DNA of 62,969 nt, filler included, from Octopus bimaculoides (GCF_001194135.2; 7 parts of 7 records of this genome joined end to end with filler, not necessarily neighbours in it), one strand, 5' to 3'; positions 1-15,400 are shown, counted from the whole stretch's first letter. Translations and numbers: made by a program. Notes: generated by a model from the letters alone, not told the origin.

Positions 1-35
<35 letters not shown>

Positions 36-54
36 GTGTGTGTGTGTGTGTGTG
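1..54. repeat. (TG)n microsatellite, probably the internal microsatellite of the SINE-A copy that follows
   Basis: Near-pure TG repeat running directly into the SINE-A 3' half. Confidence 0.9.
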
Positions 55-59
55 CTTGC

Positions 60-277
60 ATGTGTTTGAGTGTCTTTGTCCCCCAGTATCGCTTGACAAC
101 CGATGCTGGTGTGTTTACGTCCACGTAACTTTGCGGTTCGGCAAAGAGGGACGATAGAATAAGTACAAGGCTTAGAAAGAATAAGTCCTGGTGTCGATTT
201 CTTCGACTAAAGACGGTGCTCCAGCATGACCGCAGTCAAATGACTGAAACAAGTAAAAGAGTAAAGCGTAAAGAGTA
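60..277 (+). mobile_element. SINE family A, 3' half
   Basis: CGCTTGACAACCGATGCTGGTGTGTTTACGT...GGTGCTCCAGCATGACCGCAGTCAAATGACTGAAACAAGTAAAAGAGT; the same sequence occurs at 8532-8720(-), 58440-58650(+) and 59916-60110(-). Confidence 0.85.
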
Positions 278-384
278 TACATATATATATATACACACAC
301 ATATACATACACATACACACATATATACATACACACATACACACATACACATACACACACACACATATATCTATATAACTATAT

Positions 385-432
<48 letters not shown>

Positions 433-616
433 GTTAAGGTGATGTTCCAGCATGGCCGCCGTTAAATGAAAGAAACAAATCAAAGAATAAAAGAATATAT
501 ATATATGTATGTATATACATGTGTTTGTGTGTGTGTGTGTATTTGTGTCGGTATACGTTTGATGCATACACTGGCTTTTACATGTGCCTGCGTTTGTGTG
601 TGTGTGTTGGTGTGTT

Positions 617-654
<38 letters not shown>

Positions 655-2492
655 TGTGCGCGTGTGCGTGTGTGTGTGTGTTTGTGTATGTGTTAGTGTG
701 TGGATTATATACAACATTTTACCGAACCATGTATTCAATTTTCGCAGAAAGCTATAATTTTGTCTCGGAATTAGCAGGATCGCCAACTTCAATATTTATG
801 AATGCAGTTTATATAAGATATGTATAGACATTCTCAACGTGTTTGCAAACAAACCATTCGGAAAGCACATGTTGTTTTCAATTGTTTTCTGTAATTTAAC
901 AAGACAATACTGTAATGTTGGTTGGTGGTAGGTAGATTGTTTGTTGCCGAAACTGCGGCATGGAAATGTTTTCGAATAACATCTAATTGCATGGAGAGTA
1001 AGGCAGTGAGGTTTTGAATAGAGAGATTGCAGGGACATCGAGAAAGGGGAGAGTGAAAAGAGAGAGTGAACAAATATTATAAGTTGCTTTAATGTAAACG
1101 ATTTCTCATTACAAAATAACTTGAGTAGAATATACATAGCACCCTAAGCCTGACAATAGATATAAACAGTTACGCGAATAAATCATTATTGTCACTAAAA
1201 GATAGACAATTAGTAAATAAATGAGATGAAATATATTAAGATATTATTTTTTTGTAATCATGTGTGCACGGTGCACAGAAAAAGGGAAAAGAACTGGTTA
1301 CGACTGAAATTATTGTGATCATCTTTTGCTCCGTCACAGGTAAATAGGGACAAAACAAACAAAACAGTGTGATATTATAACGCGATGATACACCATCTTA
1401 TTAAATTCTGTCTTCGTTTTTGTTTTCCTTCGAGACCTTAACTTCTTCATCAAAGACAGAAATCAACAAATGATCAACGAATACAACGTCGCCCCAATCG
1501 CATCGAAGTCGTGTATTGCATATATAACAGAAAATCATATCTTATTATTTCATATTTGTTTCGTGTATTATCCTATATGTATACACCCACTGCTTTCTCT
1601 TTTTCTCACACACACACACTCACAAACTTGTATATACACATACTTATCCAGAATTCACTTTTACAATGGTAAAAGTAGCGAAACGTGTGCATACATGCAA
1701 AACTATGTACATAGATAAAGGAATTATATTATATAAACGTACTCTTGCGCATATGGATCAATGCATGCATTTATGAATGCGAGTATTCCTACGTATATAC
1801 ATAGCTATTTATATTTCATTGTATACTTAGTAATTTTACGGGTATATTCTTTACATTCTCACTCAATGCATGGAGTTATATATATACTTGTAATTTCCCC
1901 AAATGCTTCATTAATTGTTCCTATACACAAACACGAACATGGAAGACAGATAAGAATCCAATACAATATGATTCTACAACATCATTGTAGAAAGTCTCAT
2001 CACAATCTATAGACATGAGATATGTGCTAAAGAATGTGACAAAAGAATAATGACATTTATGTTACTTTATTCTTTTATTCACCCGGTTGGAAGCTAACGA
2101 CCCTGCAAACCTGCTATTGTTGTAAGAAAGAAAAGAATCGTTATTTTATGAAATCAATTGTTCTTTTAAAAATACATGAAATAATTATTTTGCTGTCACT
2201 CGCTTTCTTACACATTCCATTCTTCATTCAATATGCATACATGAAATCATATACATAAACTGACACACACATAAAATTTATATGGTATTATATCCATCCA
2301 TTATGCGTTTTGCCTGTAAGTTTCCCTGTGCACATCTCTATAACGGTCCGTGTACTTTCAATGAATATCAGTATGATTCAAGTTATATTTCAGTGGTAAA
2401 TCAGTTAGCTGAATCAAATACATTTTTACTGTTGACATATTGATATGACATAGATAATGACTGAACATCGATTCAGTTTTAAAGAGTTTGCA

Positions 2493-2567
<75 letters not shown>

Positions 2568-5098
2568 GTATGTATGCATAGATAAAGAAGTGTGGGCAGC
2601 CGTGTTAACCAGACGTGATTTTTCATTGCTCTGCTTAGAAAGTAGTTGAAGAAACANNNNNNNNNNNNNNNNNNNNNNNNNNNNNNNNNNNNNNNNNNNN
2701 NNNNNNNNNNNNNNNNNNNNNNNNNNNNNNNNNNNNNNNNNNNNNNNNNNNNNNNNNNNNNNATATATATATATATATACGTATTTATGTTCTTTCCATT
2801 TTTGAAAGTAGACAGTGGAGGGTACATCATTATTCTCATCATTGCTAATCTGTTTAAGGCGCTTTATTATCTGATATTGAAAATACCTGGAACTCCATGA
2901 ATTATAGCAATAACTCTGGTTGTTTATGCTAATTTATTTAGCATAGTACCTAGTATAATGCCAACTATGAATAATTATTTTGACGAATAGTAAAACAAAA
3001 ACAGCTGTTAATATTTTAAATAATTTTCATATTACTTCAGACTAATATTGACATGTTTCCGTTTCATAGATCCTCCTCACTGAAGCATATTATTCATGTC
3101 TTTGATGAAGTGGTAATGAGAGAGACTGTATATATTGCGATATTTTAGACTGATCGTATTAATCACCAACTGATATTGTCTTTATTCCCCTGTTCCAGTT
3201 TGGATTATACAATTACTGCGCTTCATTTCTATAGAATACAGGCAATAGATTTCAAATGGCAATCTCACAGACACACAGACACACAGACAGACACACACAC
3301 ACACACACGCACCACTACACATGCACTGACACTAACATACGTACACACCCAAAGACTCAATGCTTATATATAACTATATCTATCTACAAGCACACAAACA
3401 CATACACACAATATCATTATAGTTATGAATAATGTATGTTGTATGTCATATTCTGCTCAGGCAGAGTAGTTGGCAGAGGAGCAGATAACTCACCATGTAA
3501 TCTACGTATTATTGTTTGGCTATATTGTGTTCACGTTGCAAATAAAATCCAGGAAGAATGTCTTTCAGTTTCTGAGGTCATGGAATTTAAATTTACCCTT
3601 GAATGCTGTGTCTCAACTCTAAAACTTTTAACTAATAATTAATAGCAAATTGATACTATAGCCATAATTATCTAGTATTAAGCTAAGATTCATTAATATT
3701 CATTGATATCAAATACCATCAAGGTTTGACGGTAGATGATATAGCTATGATGACAAAGTATTTAGATGACCCTTTGTGATGACCAAGTCTTTAGTAGATT
3801 CTTAGATAGATACAGACGTTAGGTTCTCATTACACAAGGTAAATTTTGAAAGATATGTATCTGTTTTCAATTCTAACCGAGATAATTCATTCTCAATTTT
3901 TCAAAACTCACCAGTGTTTTCTATTTTTTCTTTTCCTTTCACGTATATACGAATCTCCTTAACTTTATATAGATTTGCACGTTAATGCAGAAATGATTTG
4001 TTATATCGCTATAGTATGATTTGAAAATAAGTCTTCGTATTCATGTTTTATTTCAGGTCCTGTTCTCTATGATAACTGGTGTATTCTGAATTTATTCAAG
4101 ACATTTACGAAAACACATTATGTATTATTTAGAAAAGAATATAACAAGAATCATGCCAGTAAAAGATTAAGAAAATATAATTCCAAAATTATCATTTATA
4201 AATTTTAATAATAAATATTTTGTAGTAAAATGAAATAATATATATAATTGCTGAGCATATTATAACAGCCGATAGTTTTATTGCTAAGGCGATTATATAA
4301 TGCAAAACAAGATTTAAGTATTCTTTCATAATTGAACGCCATATAAAATACTTGATATTATTGAAATTTAGATATCATACGAAGTCTGAATCGCTGATGT
4401 TGTTTACAGATATTGCTGAATAAAAAGTTTGAAGGAGTTATTGATTACATTTCAAGGAAGGCATCTCAAACTATGCAATAATATTCTAATTTTGTTGAAT
4501 AACATCGATATGACCGAAAGAGAGGAAAACATTATTTTGCTATTATTCCATTTGTAGATTATACCTGATTTAGGAAAGCATCAAGTATGTTATTTATGCC
4601 TTTAGTGTCTGATTTGCATAGAAAGTTGTGTAATGTTATGGACGTTTATATTTGCATGATTTTATGTTACGATGTCTTGGTTGTGTATCTCTTCATCGAA
4701 TGAATGCAAAGTTGTTATCTCGTAACTGTAATGAAGTAAGCTTGTTATATCATACCTGACAGAGGCAGCCAAGTCGTTTGATAAGGAGGATCACGTATAA
4801 TATTTTACATCCAAAGCATATACATAGAAGCACTTTCACATATATGTATATCTATCACTAATCCTAATTATCTATATATTTACACACACGACAAACACAC
4901 TCAGACAAACACGCATGAAGACACACACAGAGACACGCACACACAAGCACGTGCATATACCTGAACATATAGATTTAGATAGAGATAGATAGACACAGAT
5001 CTATAGATGTACGAATGTATGTTATTAAATTCAATCTATTTGTCACTTGGTATCTACCTATCACTCTATCACTCTATCTATCTCTCCATCTCTCCATC

Positions 5099-5131
<33 letters not shown>

Positions 5132-6541
5132 NNNNNNNNNNNNNNNNNNNNNNNNNNNNNNNNNNNNNNNNNNNNNNNNNNNNNNNNNNNNNNNNNNNNN
5201 NNNNNNNNNNNNNNNNNNNNNNNNNNNNNNNNNNNNNNNNNNNNNNNNNNNNNNNNNNNNNNNNNNNNNNNNNNNNNNNNNNNNNNNNNNNNNNNNNNNN
5301 NNNNNNNNNNNNNNNNNNNNNNNNNNNNNNNNNNNNNNNNNNNNNNNNNNNNNNNNNNNNNNNNNNNNNNNNNNNNNNNNNNNNNNNNNNNNNNNNNNNN
5401 NNNNNNNNNNNNNNNNNNNNNNNNNNNNNNNNNNNNNNNNNNNNNNNNNNNNNNNNNNNNNNNNNNNNNNNNNNNNNNNNNNNNNNNNNNNNNNNNNNNN
5501 NNNNNNNNNNNNNNNNNNNNNNNNNNNNNNNNNNNNNNNNNNNNNNNNNNNNNNNNNNNNNNNNNNNNNNNNNNNNNNNNNNNNNNNNNNNNNNNNNNNN
5601 NNNTATATATAATTATTCATATGAACTTAAAGTTAACTTACTTTTAAAGATGTCACATTTAGACAGATGTTTGCTCTTGAGACACTTCGTTGCTCTCTTC
5701 TCAATCATTCTTTGAGTTCCATTGTATTTTATGTTTCTATGTGTGATAGATATGTAATGTTTCTGTCTCCACTATCCAAAATGGAAGGTATTACTTACAG
5801 ATAAACCATGTTTTGAAAAGAAGGATTCCACTCCAAGGATTTGTAAAACCTAATAAATATTTAAATACTCATTATGCGATTGATAAGCTTCAAGTTAACG
5901 AGTGGTTGATCTCTATCCAAACGGGACCAAATTTAATCAGTGCTTTGACATTCACTTAGAGTATGCATGATTAACGTTTAATTAATTGTGAATCTATTTA
6001 TTATAATAATTCTTTACAAAATATGCTATTAATTCTGAAGACAAATATCATATCAATCGTTATATAATGATGAATCTTTCATATACCTTGAGAATAATTA
6101 ACGTTTTCCATATTTCCATGTATTTTAACTCGGCTTCAAGATTATTGCAGATATAGCAAGTATGATAGATTCATTCCATACAGAAACTCTCATATTCAGC
6201 AACATGCATATATAAGAATAATCTGTAGAAAAATAATGAAAAAACTTCTAAAAGAAGGTATATCCACAGGGTGGAAAAACGAGTTAATAACGTGAATAAC
6301 AATAATTCAACAGGTCAGGTGTTAGTATGTTATCGTCAGCAAAAAAATAAGTCACAGGATTGTAACGTTCTCCGAAAAATGTTTCAAGCTTATTTCATGA
6401 ATAATTCGAAAGAGGGAATTAAATATCTGACACGACATACTCGCGTACTTGCACGTTTCAAGAGTCGGTTTATCTTTCAAGAGTTGGCTACATGAAACGC
6501 TTATAAAAAAGAATAAAGCAGTAAGAATATAAATCTACGCA

Positions 6542-6576
<35 letters not shown>

Positions 6577-8531
6577 CNNNNNNNNNNNNNNNNNNNNNNN
6601 NNNNNNNNNNNNNNNNNNNNCAGAATTTGTGTGTGTGTGTGTGTGTGTGAATGTGTGCATGTGTGTCTGTTTGCGGTGCGTGTGTACCTTATGGATTTGG
6701 GCGATTTTGACGTATGAGGTATGAAGTATCAAAATATTCAATAATCTTTCGGCTACCAAATGAAGTATCTGTTTTTAAACAACTACTCACTTTTACTACA
6801 AAATGACCTCGAAAACAACATCAAGTCGCACAATTTTGAGGTATTCTTCCGGCAATATGTGGATTTGCTTCTAATCTACGTTGCCAACTTTAATGATTTC
6901 GATGACAAAAAAAAAATGCATCAATGTACAAGGAGTGTTATTAGTGCATTTGTGAAGCACAAGCACAAAATCCTATTTGTCAACGGAAAATGACCGAAGA
7001 ATTTGCTTTTTGGGAATAATTATTGGCACATTTTCCGTCAGTAGTGGCCTTTCTGCCACAACTAAACTGCCAATGTGAATGGCTTCTTTATTCCATGATT
7101 AAACAATACCATTTCTTTTCAGAAAATCTTTATTTGCCAACAGGAAATTGACTAATGACCCATGTTCTGGCCTAATTGTGAAAGCTTCTGGTGCTACTAC
7201 CGAAAACAATTTGTCCGTGTAGATTTTCTTTGTAGAAAACCACTTTTTTTGCAGTTGTGGAGATGATAGCATTGATCCGGCAGTGTTACTTTCGGTTATA
7301 TGTCATTGTTATATATTGCGGTCTTCATTTGATATTAATTATCTAGTGGAGCAATTTGCATTTAATGTTAATAATTATATGTATTTTGAAAACGACGTTT
7401 CTGAATTACTATCGTTTGCACGATAAAATTTCGATCCAAGGATATCGGTAAAATTTGATAACCTAAATATACGCTATAGCATTAAAGCCAATTTTGAGAT
7501 GCTTCCCCATATTTTTTTTCACTATATAACACGGAAAAAATGAAATATTAAGCACAAATGTCAAGGAATCAAAATAGTTTGTACGTTGTGACTTCATATG
7601 GGTTAAGTATTTGAAGATATAAATTTTTTTCTTATTTTAAAGCAAACTTAACTCCAAATATTGCAATGAATTACGTTACTATGGCATTACTTTTGCATAT
7701 ATTTACATATATCTGGCAAATTTTTACTATTTGGAGCTCGTGTAGATAAATAATATCAAAGGACTTGCTAAAAATATGTTAAATTTTTTAAGTATTGCCC
7801 TGAATGTTGCATGATTAAAAAGCTTAAACCCTGATTATGATAATTCCTGATGTATTCAAACATCACTAAAGCGATCAATCAGGCAATCATGCAAGCAATC
7901 GAGCGGTCAAGCTATACAGAAGTATCATATAATTTCTGGTAAATATATTTTTGCTAGAGACTCGGATAGTAAGAGTGGAGTACTGTCGTTATTCTTAATT
8001 ACGTAGCACATGAACTATTTTATAGTATGCGAAATAAACAATATTTCAATTGTGAATTGGAAGTCAAATAAAAATAACCACTACATTGTACTTTACTTCT
8101 GTGTAGAAGGCAATGACTTAGGTCGAAAATTTCTCAATTAGTCATCAGTTGATTTCTAATATAATTTTTCCTCCGAGATTAATAATAACAACAACAACAA
8201 CAACAATAAAAGGAGGAGGAGGAGGAGGAGGAGNNNNNNNNNNNNNNNNNNNNNNNNNNNNNNNNNNNNNNNNNNNNNNNNNNNNNNNNNNNNNNNNNNN
8301 NNNNNNNNNNNNNNNNNNNNNNNNNNNNNNNNNNNNNNNNNNNNNNNNNNNNNNNNNNNNNNNNNNNNNNNNNNNNNNNNNNNNNNNNNNNNNNNNNNNN
8401 NNNNNNNNNNNNNNNNNNNNNNNNNNNNNNNNNNNNNNNNNNNNNNNNNNNNNNNNNNNNNNNNAGAAGAAGAAGAAGAAGAAGAAGAAGAAGAAGAAAA
8501 GTCCCAACAAAACCTGTGATAAAAGGAAATC

Positions 8532-8883
8532 CTTTTATTTGTTTCAGTCATTTCACTGCGGCCATGCTCCAGCACCACCTTCAGTCGAGGAAATGGAACC
8601 CTGGACTTATTCTTTGTAAGCCTAGTACTTATTCTATCAACCTCTTTTGCGGGGACGTAAACACACCAGCATCAATTGTGAAGCGACGTCAGCGGGATAA
8701 ACGCACGATCATATGCATATTTATACGACGGGATTCTTTCAGTTTCCGTCTACCAAATCCACTCACAAGTCTTTGGTCAGCCCGAGGCTATAGTAGAAGA
8801 CACTTGCACACAGTGCCACGCAGCGGGACTGAACCCGGAACCATGTGGTTGGTACGCAATCTACTTACCACAAAACCACTCCT
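8532..8883 (-). mobile_element. SINE family A, near full length (tRNA-like head, 3' body)
   Basis: On the minus strand: head AGGAGTGGTTTTGTGGTAAG...GGTTCCGGGTTCAGTCCC (A/B-box-like), then a body and tail matching the other family A copies. Confidence 0.85.
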
Positions 8884-8885
8884 TA

Positions 8886-8929
<44 letters not shown>

Positions 8930-8931
8930 TA

Positions 8932-9110
8932 AGATTTCATTTATTTTCCACCAGGGTGAAGGATAGGGGTCAATACAAAGACAGACGCAGTGTGAGAGTT
9001 TACATATAATGAAATGAAAGAATAAGTAAATAACAAAAGAAAAATATAAGTATTCACAGTATTCAAATAAAAGAAAGTGTAATATACTTGGTATACAAAT
9101 GTTACAAAAA
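8932..9110 (-). mobile_element. 3' UTR fragment of a Tx1/L1-type LINE
   Basis: Minus strand ends TTTGTATTGACCCCTATCCTTCACCCTGGTGGAAAATAAATGAAATC, similar to the 3' termini of the Tx1-like copies at 45411(-) and 28641(+); it abuts (AAT)n at 8886-8930. Confidence 0.55.
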
Positions 9111-9114
9111 AGAT

Positions 9115-9460
9115 CCTTTCTGCTATAGGGACAAGGTCTGAAGTTTGAAAGAGGGCTCAGTCGATGACATCGATCCCAGGACGTAAGTTGTACTTAATCT
9201 AACACGAATGCAAGAAAAACAAAGTCGAGCACGGCAGAATTTGAACTCAGAACATAAAGACAGGTAAAATACCTATTTCGTTATTGCCCACAAGGGGCTA
9301 AACATAGAGGGAACAANNNNNNNNNNAAAAATAATAATACAATCTACTATAGTCACAAGGCCTGAAATTTTAGGGAAGAAGGTAACCGATTATATCGACC
9401 CAGTGTTCAACTGGTACTTGATTTATCGATCTCGAAATGTTGAAAGGCGAAGTCCTCCAC
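9115..9460 (-). mobile_element. Cluster of degraded SINE family B fragments
   Basis: Recurrent family B motifs GGCAGAATTTGAACTCAGAAC, CACAAGGCCTGAAATTTT and CTGGTACTTGATTTATCGA. Confidence 0.7.
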
Positions 9461-9469
9461 GAACAGGAG

Positions 9470-9818
9470 TCGTGGAGGAGCATAAAAGGATATGTTGAGA
9501 GGAATTCTTTGGGATTTGAATAATTCATCTCTGAAAAAAATTGGTATTTCGTTCAACATCCTTAAACAACCCTTAAACACCATCTTTAATCAGGGACGTT
9601 TTGAGCGGAATGGGCTACTCATCCTAAAGAAAATTCTAACTGGGCCCCACCTGCAAGGTTATGCGCTGTTTCTCTTGATATCAGATCACCATTTCGCGCA
9701 CATGTAGTTTTGCGCACTTGTGCTTGGCGTGCCTTTATCAGACGGGTAGTCATAATGAGAATATTGGGCTTCGTATATTTTACTCTAGTGTCATTTTTAT
9801 AGCATGCACTGCTCTCTC

Positions 9819-9848
<30 letters not shown>
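9470..9848 (+). mobile_element. Interspersed repeat family X with (AAT)n tail (probable retroposon 3' part)
   Basis: Clearly homologous to 45050-45410 (e.g. TTCAACATCCTTAAACAACC, CCCCACCTGCAAGGT, GCATGCACTGCTCTCTCA followed by AATAATAAT). Confidence 0.75.
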
Positions 9849-9849
<1 letters not shown>

Positions 9850-11372
9850 GTTTCAGATTTTGGCACCAGAGCAGCAATTACGAATATGAATGCAACAAAG
9901 ACAAAGTTCATATTTTGGTGTGAGATTATAATTGGTTGAAATAATCTGATTATTATATATGTAATTGTGTGTGTCTTTGTGTATGTGCAGTCTAGAGGAA
10001 GCATAAGAGAATGTGTAGCTTTTCGTATATTAATAACGTGTATTTAGCGACCGTGAAAACACCTTGTAATTTTAGAATTCATATAAATGACAAGCATATA
10101 TTAATTAAGACTGAATTCAAATGTGGCAATATGGGGATTATAATTGGTCGAAAGGAAACATTTTTTGACTGTTACCTTATCATCAGTGAAGTGATTAAAA
10201 ATGAAACATATGCTGTTCATAAAACAGGACAAATATCAAAGAAATATGGATCACTGCCATTCGTAAGAAAATATGATAGGTATATTGCTTCCAAGGAGAT
10301 ATGACTACGTTTTACACACGTACAATTATACGGTTGGTATCTGCATATCGAAAACCAAAGAGAAATCATGCAAAAGTGCCAACTAGTGCTTTCGCGACTA
10401 CACGTGGATGTTTGTGTGTGTATACCGGTTTGCACGGAGCTTTGGAATAGTTTTCAAACACAAGGCAAGTTTATTACAGTCGAGAGATAGGGGAAGGGTT
10501 TGATGAGCTTGGGAAACAACCTGTCTGTGGACAAGGCTTAAGTTTTCGTTGGTTATTGACTCCGCACCAATCAGTTGAGTGGCACATCCTTGTTGTAACC
10601 AATTATTTTAGTATGTATACCTACAACAGCATTGCAGATGTGAGACAGTGGATACAATGTTCGACTCACTTGAGTATCAGATTTATTTTGCGAATAAGCT
10701 CATTCTTATATCACATATAATATATACGTGTAGTAATGCTTATCTAGTACAGATACGCAGAACAATATTTCCTATTTAACTTTGAGTAGAGCAACATTAG
10801 TATACTTGCTTAATTACTTTAGAAACAGAATCTCAATCACCGTAAACCATGTTGAAGCGGAAAATAACAAAATAGACAACGTACTCCTTCAAAACATTAA
10901 ATAAGCTGAGTGATCTTCGCTTGAAAAGTTTGATCAAACATATCTTCGATCAGAAATTACCTGTGGCTAAAATAAAATAAAATCACGATTGTTTGATATT
11001 TCAGCTCACTAAACAATAACTTAAGTTAAATTGCATGATAAATTCCAGGAAGCTGACCTGTATTTTCCTATGAATCATAAGAATAGAAATTCGTTTGCCA
11101 GGACATAGCTAACCTAATAAAATAAATAAATCATGACAACTTGTATCTTTAATAATATTATACAATATCTTGGGAATATATCTTCAACGTGCATTTCAGC
11201 TAATGAGTGCGCTGCCAAGGCTTAATATGTAACATATACTTGCTCAATACAGGTAACCCAATTTAAGTGTAATAATTTGCATCGTAAGATTCAATAACTG
11301 TTGATCAATACAGAATTTTGCAAATCTTTGTGAGTTATTCTTTACCAACCGAGCATATTACATGTTTGTATG

Positions 11373-11424
<52 letters not shown>

Positions 11425-12354
11425 TGTGTGTGTATGTGTGCGTGTGTGTGCGTAGATATGCATATATATGAAACCAAAATGCAATTTACAAAGTCATTAC
11501 AGAGTTGGATATAATATCTCTATTTCTTCTCATTCTCACCTAGCAAGCAGTCATTTGCACTGGATATAACGAATGAAACCTCACAGACAATGCTAAATAG
11601 TCAACTTTAGAAATACCAGCTGGGCTCTACTTGGGTACCGGACAGATATGTCATTTATCGTGGCATGTTTAAAATCATATTTGCATTGTGCAAGTCTATT
11701 CAAATTAGATAATGATTCAGCTAATATATCTAATGCATTAATTCACACCTAAGCTATACCCTCAGTTATTTTGCTTATCTCAAGGAATACGTAAGCAGCA
11801 TTTACAAGGATGGCATACATACGTGGATAAGTGATAACATTTTGAAAAGTGAACAACCCGTACAAGTGTGAGATCAGTACAAACCATATATAGATATATG
11901 GCTGAATATTAACTGCGTGCACATTGTCCAACGCATATATATATATGTAGAAGTATACTGGTGTCTGCTCGTATGTCTGTGTATATAAACTTTCTATATT
12001 TGAACACCAGAAGGTGTATTCCACTGAATATATATAAATAAAACTTCGAACAGACAGTCAACAGGAACGCCTCCTGGGTTCGGCTACTCCACATTGATAA
12101 GGGGCGAATACACCGAAACTGGCCTGGACCAATTTCGAGTGAGTATGTAAAATACAAAAAAAAATATTGTGACGTAGGCAAAAGTATCCTGTAAAGATAT
12201 TTCTGTTTATTTTTTAATATTTATGTATAACCATTTATTTATGTGTAGATAGATGTTGTAATTGTGCATTTATTTATTTAGCACCATAGATAACAATCGA
12301 TACCTATCGTGGCTCCAATATTGATATGGCAGACAAATAGTATAGACCGCTATA

Positions 12355-12412
<58 letters not shown>

Positions 12413-15400
12413 NNNNNNNNNNNNNNNNNNNNNNNNNNNNNNNNNNNNNNNNNNNNNNNNNNNNNNNNNNNNNNNNNNNNNNNNNNNNNNNNNNNNNNNN
12501 NNNNNNNNNNNNNNNNNNNNNNNNNNNNNNNNNNNNNNNNNNNNNNNNNNNNNNNNNNNNNNNNNNNNNNNNNNNNNNNNNNNNNNNNNNNNNNNNNNNN
12601 NNNNNNNNNNNNNNNNNNNNNNNNNNNNNNNNNNNNNNNNNNNNNNNNNNNNNNNNNNNNNNNNNNNNNNNNNNNNNNNNNNNNNNNNNNNNNNNNNNNN
12701 NNNNNNNNNNNNNNNNNNNNNNNNNNNNNNNNNNNNNNNNNNNNNNNNNNNNNNNNNNNNNNNNNNNNNNNNNNNNNNNNNNNNNNNNNNNNNNNNNNNN
12801 NNNNNNNNNNNNNNNNNNNNNNNNNNNNNNNNNNNNNNNNNNNNNNNNNNNNNNNNNNNNNNNNNNNNNNNNNNNNNNNNNNNNNNNNNNNNNNNNNNNN
12901 NNNNNNNNNNNNNNNNNNNNNNNNNNNNNNNNNNNNNNNNNNNNNNNNNNNNNNNNNNNNNNNNNNNNNNNNNNNNNNNNNNNNNNNNNNNNNNNNNNNN
13001 NNNNNNNNNNNNNNNNNNNNNNNNNNNNNNNNNNNNNNNNNNNNNNNNNNNNNNNNNNNNNNNNNNNNNNNNNNNNNNNNNNNNNNNNNNNNNNNNNNNN
13101 NNNNNNNNNNNNNNNNNNNNNNNNNNNNNNNNNNNNNNNNNNNNNNNNNNNNNNNNNNNNNNNNNNNNNNNNNNNNNNNNNNNNNNNNNNNNNNNNNNNN
13201 NNNNNNNNNNNNNNNNNNNNNNNNNNNNNNNNNNNNNNNNNNNNNNNNNNNNNNNNNNNNNNNNNNNNNNNNNNNNNNNNATATATATATATATATAAGT
13301 ACGTATACATGTGCATATATATGAGCATGTATATATCTATGTATGCATATACGCTGCCAGCCTCTGGTTAGATTTATACAATACGACAAATGCAGCTGCA
13401 CATAGTTTTTCTGTACTGATTTCTGCACTTGACAGCTTTTTTTATGAGGGCCTTTTTTTCTTTATTTTGCTTGCAATTTTATATCTCTGCGTTTGGGACA
13501 CTTCTTGGTATATATTACACGGATTGTTGCCATTCATTCTTTATTTGCATTAGGAAATTAGTAAGTTTTGTAAATTAAATCCGTACCCTAGAATTAGATA
13601 AAAATCTATTGGAGATCTTAGATTATTCATGATGGCTTCGATAGTACATAAAGCGTGCCCATGTGCGAGAGGCCTTGATATGAAACCTTGTATATTTTAC
13701 ATATTTTCGCTTATTTTATATTTATTCGAACATATCTCCCTAGTTTCCCGATGCTTCTTTTTGTATTCTAAACTATTGCTATCTAAAGCGTATTTCTTAA
13801 ATTAGTTACTTTCAAATATCTTGTCCATTAGTTTCTTCTAAAATTCCTGGATCACTATTTCAGTTATAATCGTGCTGTTTAACATTTTGGCATAATAGCC
13901 ACAGTAAGTTACTTTTAGATTAATTTCCCATTTTTTTTACTCTATTGACACTTTTCATGGAGGATAAAGATAGAGACACCATGAACACGTGCGCACGCGA
14001 TCACACACATACACACACGCAATTTAATAAACAATTATATTAAATAATTAAAGCAGTAAATATATTAACTTACACTTTGCAAATGTGATTTTAAACATAC
14101 CTCAATGAATGGCATAACTCTCCGACGCCCAAGTAGAAGCCAGCAGCCATTTCTTACGTTGTCTTTTTGACATTCTCTGTAATAAATATTCTATTCGTTC
14201 ATAATTTCTTACTCTATATCCATTGCAAGTGATTGCTAATTATAAGCAAATCGAAAGTGGAATTAGTCTACGCGTCAACTAATTTCTAATTAGTTACTGA
14301 AAACTCTTAGACAATAATTTTTTTGGTTATGTAGATCAAATAATTTTTGTGAGATTTATGTGCGTCTAGATATGATCTAAATCGGTCCCAATATTTATTT
14401 TTGTTTCTACCTTGATGTCTTTCCAGATAAAGGCCGCTTGAAATATTTTCATTGTTGCAGTAAGACGCAATTTAATAATTATCTAGAATCGTTGTAGGTC
14501 ACAGATTTTTTGCATATTCTGCTCCATTTATGTGTACTCTTCAGGCCGAGTGCTGTTTATGACATTGTTTCGAATAAGCTTACACACTAGTTCATGAAGC
14601 CAGCAATCCACATGTTCCAGAATGTTAATCTAATAAAAATATGAATACATACAATATTTGAGTTCATTTATTTCAAACAGATTAACATTTTCTTACGTGT
14701 GCCTAATTAACACGCAATATAATCAAACACACACAGATACGTGAGTTAATATTGAGATAAAATATTCGCAATTGTGAAACCGCGAATATTACTCTTCAAA
14801 ATAATACTCAAAACCTTTCTTTACGTTGCTGTAGTTTCTACTCAGTTTTGGTTCTTCCGAATCTTATGATGTCGAAACACACGTCCTTTTTCTCTGCCCA
14901 CTCCATTTACACCCATGCACACGAACATAAACACACTATAGGCGCAGTTATGTTTAAGTGTATATATATCTATATATGAGTATACACATATTAATTCATA
15001 GGTAAGTATTCACATACATATGCGCATTTATATTTAAAATGTTAAACTAAATTTACATTCCTTAGTGGGAATTAAATCAAAATAATATTCAGACATATCG
15101 TGATATATTCTTTTCTCTTTCAAATTCTATTACCTTCATGTTCGTCGGTAAAATTTGTAAATAACTGGACCCCATCAAAATGCATTTCATATATTTGTAT
15201 AAATGTAATTATTTCCCAAATTTACAAAAGACAACCTTATATGAGTCTTTATTTACAGTCAGTTGAAACCACTACAGATATATATTTTCGTCAATCTAAA
15301 ATTATAGAAGAGGTAAATCAAATACGATTGATTGTGAACATAAAAGACGTACATAATTATCATATTATTGATTTTTAACAATATTGTTTTCTAAAATGTT

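Noticed and set aside
1279-7260. Scattered exon-like segments (1279-1339 +, from 4057 +, ~5798-5848 -, ~7090-7260 -)
   Set aside because: Splice sites are plausible, but no recognisable protein or consistent frame links them; such motifs are expected by chance.
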